From Psychrobacter sp. DM4 (GTDB lineage: Bacteria; Pseudomonadota; Gammaproteobacteria; Pseudomonadales; Moraxellaceae), in the NCBI RefSeq assembly GCF_051307035.1, contig NZ_CP195536.1, positions 2,806,592 through 2,838,591 of the forward strand: 32,000 nt of DNA, written 5' to 3'. The notes below the pieces were generated by a model, which was given only the letters and a program-made list of their open reading frames with translations, did not search any database and was not told where the DNA came from. Below are positions 26,734-32,000 of the stretch, piece after piece; position 1 is the first letter of the stretch; every line of letters begins with the position of its first letter. Both the position numbers and the translations under genes were made by a program.

Positions 26734-28152
26734 TCACTTACCTATACAAAAACTACCAAATATCTTGCCCAGTAGATCATCAGCATTGAATTCACCTGTG
26801 ATCTCACCTAAGCTTCGCTGAGCTTGACGCAAACTTTCAGCGACTAGTTCACCTGCTGTAAATACCGTAAGCTGTTCGTGCGCCTCGTTCAAGTAATCAG
26901 CGGTACGTCTGAGAGCATCTAGATGACGAGTACGTGCAATCAAACTATTTTCTGGTGGGTGAAATCCTACTTTATCACATAACGTTGCTATCAGATGATC
27001 GATACCGACGCCTGTTTCACATGAAACATTAATCTGTTCATAGCCTTTACTTCGCATCTCATTTTCGGTGTTAAAAGCTATGTTTTCGTTACCCTTATCG
27101 TTTAACAAATCGCTTTTGTTAGCGATAATCAGTAAGCGCTTAGCATCAGGGAGCTTGCCAAATAGCTGCTTTGCGAGCTGTAAAGGTGTGCTCTCACTCT
27201 CAAGGTCACGAGTTACATCATAGACCATAAGTAGTATGTCAGCTTGCTCAATCGCTGTGCGAGCGCGCTCAATGCCTATGCGCTCTACGGTGTCTTCGGT
27301 ATCTCTTAGACCTGCGGTATCAGTCAGATGTAGTGTCAGACCATTGAGCACAACCGTCTCATTCAACGTGTCTCTAGTGGTTCCTGCGACCTCTGTGACA
27401 ATAGCACGCTCTTGTCCCGCTAATCGATTGAGTAGACTTGATTTGCCAGCATTTGGCCGGCCTGCCAGTACGACATGAATACCATCACGTAACAACTGCC
27501 CTTGTTTTGCGGTTGCCAAAACTTGCTGTATCTGCGCCTGCACCTGTTCAAGCTTGTCTTGTATGATGCCATCGGACAAAAAATCAACGTCTTCTTCATC
27601 AGGGAAATCGATAGCCGCTTCAACATGCAAACGCAGATGAATTAGTTGCTCTAATAGCTGATTAATCTTGTGTGAAAACTCACCACTCAACGAGCGAATA
27701 GCACTACTAGCAGCCGCGGCGCTAGTTGCATCTATAGCATCAGCGATAGCTTCTGCTTGCACGAGATCGAGCTTATCATTATCAAAGGCACGATAGGAAA
27801 ACTCACCTGCTGTTGCCTGCTGCGCGCCAAGCTCAAACGCTCGTGCTAACAGTTGATTCTGTAGTATCACCCCGCCATGACCTTGTAGCTCGATGACATC
27901 TTCACCCGTAAAGGAATGCGGCGCTTTGAAATACAGCACTAAGCCCTCGTCAATAACCGTACCATCTGCTTGATAGAAACGGCAAAAGCTCGCCATACGT
28001 GGCATAAAGACGGATTTGCCAGTCAATTTACAGGCAATGCTATAAGCATGCGACCCTGATAGACGAATGACGCCTACGCCTGCGCGTCCGAGTGGCGTTG
28101 CAATAGCAGCAATGGTCGACAATCCAGAAGCAGTTGGCGGCTCAGTTGACAT
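26734..28152 (-). CDS. mnmE: tRNA uridine-5-carboxymethylaminomethyl(34) synthesis GTPase MnmE (TrmE)
   Basis: P-loop GRPNAGKSSLLN, then DTAGLR, NKSDL and a C-terminal FCIGK. The start is taken at ATG 28152 (472 aa); the track start at 28188 is a TTG. Confidence 0.93.
   Translation of the reverse strand: MSTEPPTASGLSTIAAIATPLGRAGVGVIRLSGSHAYSIACKLTGKSVFMPRMASFCRFYQADGTVIDEGLVLYFKAPHSFTGEDVIELQGHGGVILQNQLLARAFELGAQQATAGEFSYRAFDNDKLDLVQAEAIADAIDATSAAAASSAIRSLSGEFSHKINQLLEQLIHLRLHVEAAIDFPDEEDVDFLSDGIIQDKLEQVQAQIQQVLATAKQGQLLRDGIHVVLAGRPNAGKSSLLNRLAGQERAIVTEVAGTTRDTLNETVVLNGLTLHLTDTAGLRDTEDTVERIGIERARTAIEQADILLMVYDVTRDLESESTPLQLAKQLFGKLPDAKRLLIIANKSDLLNDKGNENIAFNTENEMRSKGYEQINVSCETGVGIDHLIATLCDKVGFHPPENSLIARTRHLDALRRTADYLNEAHEQLTVFTAGELVAESLRQAQRSLGEITGEFNADDLLGKIFGSFCIGK
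27013..27028. other. parS-like site (TGTTTCACATGAAACA) inside mnmE
   Basis: One mismatch (centre) to TGTTTCACGTGAAACA. Confidence 0.7.
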
Positions 28153-28291
28153 TAGCGGCGTAGCGATAGAATTCACATCTATTCTCAATAGCTAAAAACA
28201 TCATTATAGACGGCTGTAAGGAGACTGACAAAGCAAACTTCGTATCAGTATTCATTACCGATATTTTGTTAAACAGTAAAACTATAACCAT

Positions 28292-28320
28292 AAAAAAACC
28301 ACCGCTTAAGCGATGGTTTT
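28292..28320 (-). terminator. Rho-independent terminator after yidC
   Basis: The minus strand reads AAAACCATCGCTTAAGCGGTGGTTTTTTTA: a GC-rich stem (one G-U pair), a TTAA loop and a T7 run, about 25 nt after the stop at 28344. Confidence 0.75.
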
Positions 28321-28343
28321 AAGACGTTACAGAAAGTATGAGA

Positions 28344-30020
28344 TTAGCTGAGCACTTTCACTGTGCGACGCTTTTGCTCCTCTTCAACTTTTTTGTTGAC
28401 GATATACTGCTGCGTCATACTAAATAAGTTATTCACTGTCCAGTACAGTACGAGACCGGCTGGAAAGAACAACATAAATGCGGTAAAAATAATCGGCAAA
28501 AACTTCATTACTTTGGCTTGCATCGGATCAGCAGGCTGCGGGTTAAGCTGCTGCTGAATAAACATTGACGCACCCATGAGAAGAGGTAAGATAAACCAAG
28601 GATCCATCGCGGATAAATCCTGAATCCATAGTATCCACGGAGCGTGGCGCAACTCAACACTTTCGACAAGCACCCAATACAGTGCTAAGAAAATGGGCAT
28701 TTGCATGAGTATTGGCAAACATCCTGCCATTGGATTGACTTTTTCTTCTTTGTAGATGCCCATCATCTCTTGCGACATCTTCATGCGATCGTCGCCATGT
28801 TCTTCTTTGAGCGCGGCTAAGCGTGGAGCTAGCGCACGCATCTTCGCCATCGAATAGTAGCTCTTGTTTGAGAACCACATCAGGGCAATCTTAACCAGAA
28901 TAGTCAGTACGATGATTGACCAGCCCCAGTTGCCAAGTACTTTGTGAATACCATCGAGGATGGCAAATAGTATCTTAGATATTGGCCATAACAATCCATA
29001 ATCAACGGTTTGATTAAGACCTACCGCAACATCTTTGAGCTCAGACTGTACTTTTGGTCCTGAGTATAACGTTGCATTTAACGTCACTTGCTTGTTTGGT
29101 GCAACGTTGACAGGCTGACTATTAAAACCAATAAAGTAATCATTGCCTGTTTCACGTGAAAAGAACTTACCTGTAAAGTTCTCAGGTGTCCATGCTGAAA
29201 CAAAATAATGCTGAACGATGCCTACCCAGCCTTCATCACTGGTCACTGCCAACTGCTCGCTAAAGTCCTTAAATTTAAGCTTGTTGTAAGGATCATCAGG
29301 GGTACCCCAAGCACCGCCTAGATAAGTGGCCATACTTAAAGCACCTTTATCAGACATGCCTGGATCTTTACTATCATCACGTTTGAGCTGCGCAAACATC
29401 TGTCCTTGCCATGCTGCTGTAGATGCGTTTTGAATCTGATAACTGACGTCAATAGGGTATTTGTCTTGTGTAAAGGTAAAGGTCTTGGTAATCGTCACAC
29501 CATCTTTTTGATAAGTAAGTGGCACAGACAGTGTTTGTTGGCCTTCTTCCATAACATAGTTATTAGCGGTATGGCTGTAGTTAGCGCGACCTTCTGCGGT
29601 ATCAATACCATCTTGACCAATCAGACCAGACTGCGCCACATAGATACGATTGCTGTTACTCTCTAGTAATACAAAAGGCTCATCACTGTCGAGTGTCGCA
29701 TCATACTGCTTAAGCGCTGCGTACTCTATATCGCCGCCCTCAGGATTTATTTTAATGTCGTAACGGTCAGTGGTCACTGTGATAAGAGATGTATTGCTAG
29801 ACGGCGCGGCTACGATACTATTATCAGTAGGTAGTGTTTGTACAGGAATGTCCCCTGCCGCACCAGTAGTCGCTGGTATATCAGCACTTACCGATGCTGC
29901 GGGTTTAGACACAGTATCCACAGCAGGTGCATCAGCGTAATCGTCACGCCATGCTAATATCAGCAGATAAGCGGTGATCAGCATTGCAATAATGATCATC
30001 ACCCGAAGTATCTTTTGCAT
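28344..30020 (-). CDS. yidC: Membrane protein insertase YidC
   Basis: 558 aa. It has an N-terminal TM helix, a large periplasmic P1 domain, and a conserved C-terminal 5-TM core (GWSIIVLTILVKIALMW..., GCLPILMQMPIFLALYW). Confidence 0.95.
   Translation of the reverse strand: MQKILRVMIIIAMLITAYLLILAWRDDYADAPAVDTVSKPAASVSADIPATTGAAGDIPVQTLPTDNSIVAAPSSNTSLITVTTDRYDIKINPEGGDIEYAALKQYDATLDSDEPFVLLESNSNRIYVAQSGLIGQDGIDTAEGRANYSHTANNYVMEEGQQTLSVPLTYQKDGVTITKTFTFTQDKYPIDVSYQIQNASTAAWQGQMFAQLKRDDSKDPGMSDKGALSMATYLGGAWGTPDDPYNKLKFKDFSEQLAVTSDEGWVGIVQHYFVSAWTPENFTGKFFSRETGNDYFIGFNSQPVNVAPNKQVTLNATLYSGPKVQSELKDVAVGLNQTVDYGLLWPISKILFAILDGIHKVLGNWGWSIIVLTILVKIALMWFSNKSYYSMAKMRALAPRLAALKEEHGDDRMKMSQEMMGIYKEEKVNPMAGCLPILMQMPIFLALYWVLVESVELRHAPWILWIQDLSAMDPWFILPLLMGASMFIQQQLNPQPADPMQAKVMKFLPIIFTAFMLFFPAGLVLYWTVNNLFSMTQQYIVNKKVEEEQKRRTVKVLS
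29148..29163. other. Degenerate parS-like site (TGTTTCACGTGAAAAG) inside yidC
   Basis: The left half and centre are canonical, with 2 mismatches at the right end. Confidence 0.45.
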
Positions 30021-30213
30021 AAACCTTTCCTAGATTAAAAATTAGGGAGCGAAATGTTGAGAGAGATATCATGGCAGTTATAGCAAACATTTTACTATTG
30101 CTTGTCTAAAAAGTAGAAACATAAGCAGCCACTGACACAAAATGTGCACTATTTTACTAAACATTCACTATAAATGATACCAATAGCCTAAATCGCTGAC
30201 TATGTAGATACGT

Positions 30214-30294
30214 TGGGGATAACTTTGCCTATTAGAGACATTTCTATCTAAAAGTGGATCAGTTGCTGTGGATAACTATATCGACTTATCCACA
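30214..30294. other. DnaA boxes in the yidD-yidC spacer
   Basis: TGGGGATAA at 30214-30222 (one mismatch, minus-strand box), TGTGGATAA at 30267-30275 (perfect, minus) and TTATCCACA at 30286-30294 (perfect, plus). The two perfect boxes face each other 10 bp apart, 8 nt after the yidD stop. Confidence 0.6.
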
Positions 30295-30301
30295 ATAACC
30301 C

Positions 30302-30664
30302 CTAGCTCTTTATAATTAGACTATTCAAACGAGCAACATAACTTATGTCATCTCGCCAAACGCCCAAACCTTGACTCAGTAGAGGGGTAGGTAAATATCG
30401 ATAGCCGTAAGAAAAAAGCGGCAAAGGTACAAAATCGATGCCGTGTCCTCCTAACGGATGGCAACGACTTAAACGCTTTAACAATAGCCAACTACCCGAC
30501 CAAGGACCGTACCATGCCAAAGCTTGTTTGCCATACTCTGAACAAGTTGGGTAATAGCGACAGCGAGCAGGTAATATTGGACTTAGTATTTTTTGATAAA
30601 GGGTAATAACAAAATTAAATAACTTTTGAAAAATATTATTAAATCTATCTTTAATTACACTCAT
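30302..30664 (-). CDS. yidD: Membrane protein insertion efficiency factor YidD (with a C-terminal extension)
   Basis: 120 aa. The core is LYQKILSPILPARCRYYPTCSEYGKQALAWYG...RLSRCHPLGGHGIDFVP. About 35-40 extra residues follow the conserved domain. Its ATG lies 1 nt after the rnpA stop. Confidence 0.88.
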   Translation of the reverse strand: MSVIKDRFNNIFQKLFNFVITLYQKILSPILPARCRYYPTCSEYGKQALAWYGPWSGSWLLLKRLSRCHPLGGHGIDFVPLPLFSYGYRYLPTPLLSQGLGVWRDDISYVARLNSLIIKS

Positions 30665-30665
30665 T

Positions 30666-31037
30666 TTATTTTTTTTCTATCTTTTTAAGAATATTATTAA
30701 TCTCATCTATTAACTCTTTTTTGTCTAAGTCTTTTACTGATTTTTTAACAATGAATACAATATCTTTGTTTTTCAGTTTAAGAGATTTCACTCGAAACTG
30801 TTCACGTATTTGACGTTTGATTAAGTTTCGAGTAACCGCAGTAGGAACTTTTCGTTTGGTAATCGCCATACCAACTCGTGGCTGCTCATAAATATTATCA
30901 CGTACAAAAGCCATCAGATGACTTTGATGAAGCTTTTGATCAGGGGCATCAAACACCGCCCGAAAGTCATCAGGCTTTAGTAGACGCTGCGTTTTGATGA
31001 AGCGGGTAGTAGGTACTGCTAAGACAGTGTTGGACAT
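30666..31037 (-). CDS. rnpA: Ribonuclease P protein component
   Basis: The start is taken at ATG 31037 (123 aa). Contains LLKPDDFRAVF and the basic RNR-like motif TAVTRNLIKRQIRE. The track start at 31100 is a TTG lying inside the rpmH terminator. Confidence 0.88.
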   Translation of the reverse strand: MSNTVLAVPTTRFIKTQRLLKPDDFRAVFDAPDQKLHQSHLMAFVRDNIYEQPRVGMAITKRKVPTAVTRNLIKRQIREQFRVKSLKLKNKDIVFIVKKSVKDLDKKELIDEINNILKKIEKK

Positions 31038-31098
31038 AGTACAGCCTAAATAAGAAGCTAATAGTGCTATCAAGAATGATAGTACAAAATATAGAGAC

Positions 31099-31125
31099 AA
31101 AAAAAGCGCCTATAGGGGCGCTTTT
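31099..31125 (-). terminator. Hairpin plus T-run between rpmH and rnpA (terminator/attenuator)
   Basis: The minus strand reads AAAGCGCCcctataGGCGCTTTTTTT: an 8-bp stem with a T-run, about 90 nt after the rpmH stop. Confidence 0.7.
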
Positions 31126-31216
31126 GATACATGGTTCAAAGGTAAATAGAGTCTATCTTATTATCACACTAGATATTCAATGAGAACCTTGATCCATAGT
31201 TGTTATAACGTGCTAG

Positions 31217-31351
31217 TTATACAGTAAGACGATGACGTCCTTTAGCGCGGCGACGTGCTAGAACCTGACGGCCCTTTTTGGTTGCCATACGAGCACGGAA
31301 ACCGTGAGTACGTTTACGCTTAATCACGCTGGGTTGGAATGTACGTTTCAT
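31217..31351 (-). CDS. rpmH: 50S ribosomal protein L34
   Basis: Too short for the ORF track. Manual translation gives [44 protein letters not shown] (44 aa), with the stop TAA at 31217-31219. Confidence 0.95.
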   Translation of the reverse strand: MKRTFQPSVIKRKRTHGFRARMATKKGRQVLARRRAKGRHRLTV

Positions 31352-31533
31352 AACTCACCTATCAAAATAATGGACTAAATTCGTAATAGCGGAGGATTAT
31401 ACCACTCAGTAGTAATTGGGTCAATCAACTAATTTATTTAATCATTTTTGTATTGTCAGTCAGTAGTATTATCGTTGATAACGTTATTCAGTTCCTACTC
31501 ATCTTGAGTTTAACTCTGACCCGTATCGAAAAG

Positions 31534-31768
31534 TTATCCACAGGAAAAGTCGTTTTCCATAATAATTAATAATTAATATATATAAGTATTGTTGTTATTG
31601 GTGCCCTAATTATCTGGGGTTAAGTCTAATAATTTATTATTTATCAATATACTAGACTAGGGGTAACCCTGTGTATAACCTGTGGGTGAAATATGGATAA
31701 CTCTGATTTTTGACTTATCCACAAAAGTATCCACAGCCTTGTCCACAAGAAAATAGATGTTATCCACA
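31534..31768. other. Chromosomal replication origin (oriC), partial: DnaA-box cluster plus AT-rich tracts upstream of rpmH
   Basis: Perfect TTATCCACA boxes at 31534, 31715 and 31760 (+). One-mismatch boxes at 31670 (TGTGTATAA), 31692 (TATGGATAA), 31727 (GTATCCACA) and 31739 (TTGTCCACA). AT-rich tracts at about 31561-31600 and 31627-31652 are candidate unwinding elements. The rpmH-side location matches Pseudomonas-type origins. Confidence 0.75.
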
Positions 31769-31818
31769 GGTGATTCATGCTAGATTAGTATCTATTAAGT
31801 GAATGAACTATCATTCAT

Positions 31819-31912
31819 TGTGCTCTGTGCTCTGTGCTCTGTGCTCTGTGCTCTGTGCTCTGTGCTCTGTGCTCTGTGCTCTGTGCTCTGTGCTCTGTGC
31901 TCTGTGCTCTGT
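31819..31912. repeat. Heptanucleotide microsatellite (TGTGCTC)x13 plus a partial unit
   Basis: Thirteen perfect head-to-tail TGTGCTC units span 31819-31909, followed by TGT. There are no interruptions. The tract is intergenic, between the DnaA-box cluster and the window end. Confidence 0.97.
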
Positions 31913-32000
31913 CATTAGAGCGAGGTAATAAAAACAAGTTCTAGTTATTGACAACGTATATCTAGCGCATCGTTTTTAAGCTAAAAGGTTAATTTTTTTT

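Noticed and set aside
11229-27027. I first read the over-represented GTTTCAYRTGAAAC palindrome as a possible DNA-uptake sequence (the organism type is naturally competent, and dprA/tsaP are present) or as a Cra/FruR-type operator.
   Set aside because: The motif matches the well-known parS consensus TGTTNCACGTGAAACA and sits next to oriC, which is the simpler explanation. Cra half-sites have the opposite orientation (TGAAAC-GTTTCA). Half of the copies lie inside CDSs, which argues against a promoter operator.
31038-31100. Longer ORF-track start for rnpA. The same issue arises for ribD (26149-26220), mnmE (28153-28188), the desaturase (11075-11188), the OMP (2178-2210) and tsaP (16642-16653).
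   Set aside because: Four of the extensions begin at non-ATG codons: TTG for rnpA, ribD and mnmE, and GTG for tsaP. They add non-homologous residues and in some cases overlap a terminator or an operator. For the desaturase and the OMP, an internal ATG with a good RBS is the better start. The internal ATG codons give canonical N-termini.
31819-31912. Whether the tandem repeat is a CRISPR array or an iteron set.
   Set aside because: The units are 7 bp and contiguous with no spacers, so this is a microsatellite and not a CRISPR array. The units are also too short and too tightly packed for typical 17-22 bp iterons.
1-32000. Search for mobile elements, prophage remnants, toxin-antitoxin pairs or defence islands.
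   Set aside because: I recognised no transposase, integrase, phage, restriction-modification, Cas or abortive-infection signatures. No flanking direct repeats or tRNA attachment sites were seen. The window is essentially core, origin-proximal genome with one small accessory-looking block.

Overview
This is an origin-proximal chromosomal segment of a low-GC gammaproteobacterium. Protein sequences and gene order look Moraxellaceae/Psychrobacter-like, but that is recognition, not a search result. Nearly all genes are on the minus strand and read away from the right-hand end. At that end, rpmH-rnpA-yidD, yidC and mnmE abut a DnaA-box cluster with AT-rich tracts. This is a partial oriC; dnaA lies beyond the window. 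Leftward come nrdR-ribD, ribE, a plus-strand hybrid sensor kinase, fmt-rsmB, thrC and tsaP-dprA-tsaC. Next is a small accessory-looking block: a GbsR/MarR-type regulator, a membrane protein, a YfcH-type SDR, a short di-iron desaturase and a DUF393/DCC protein. The left part holds two tandem membrane-anchored metallophosphoesterases, a plus-strand HSL-family esterase, grpE, dnaK, a small beta-barrel OMP and an NfeD/SPFH pair. No rRNA, tRNA, CRISPR, transposase, integrase or recognisable defence genes were seen. Main non-coding signals: (1) a dense array of parS-like ParB sites, with 6 exact and 3 near copies of GTTTCAYRTGAAAC, mostly with non-canonical centres; (2) a 24-25 bp palindromic operator present three times upstream of the regulator and its neighbouring operons, suggesting a compact, apparently uncharacterised regulon; (3) DnaA-box clusters outside the rpmH-side origin, in the ribD-ribE and yidD-yidC spacers; (4) a 13-copy heptanucleotide microsatellite inside the origin/dnaA-upstream region; (5) a sensor kinase whose ATP-binding domain looks degenerate.
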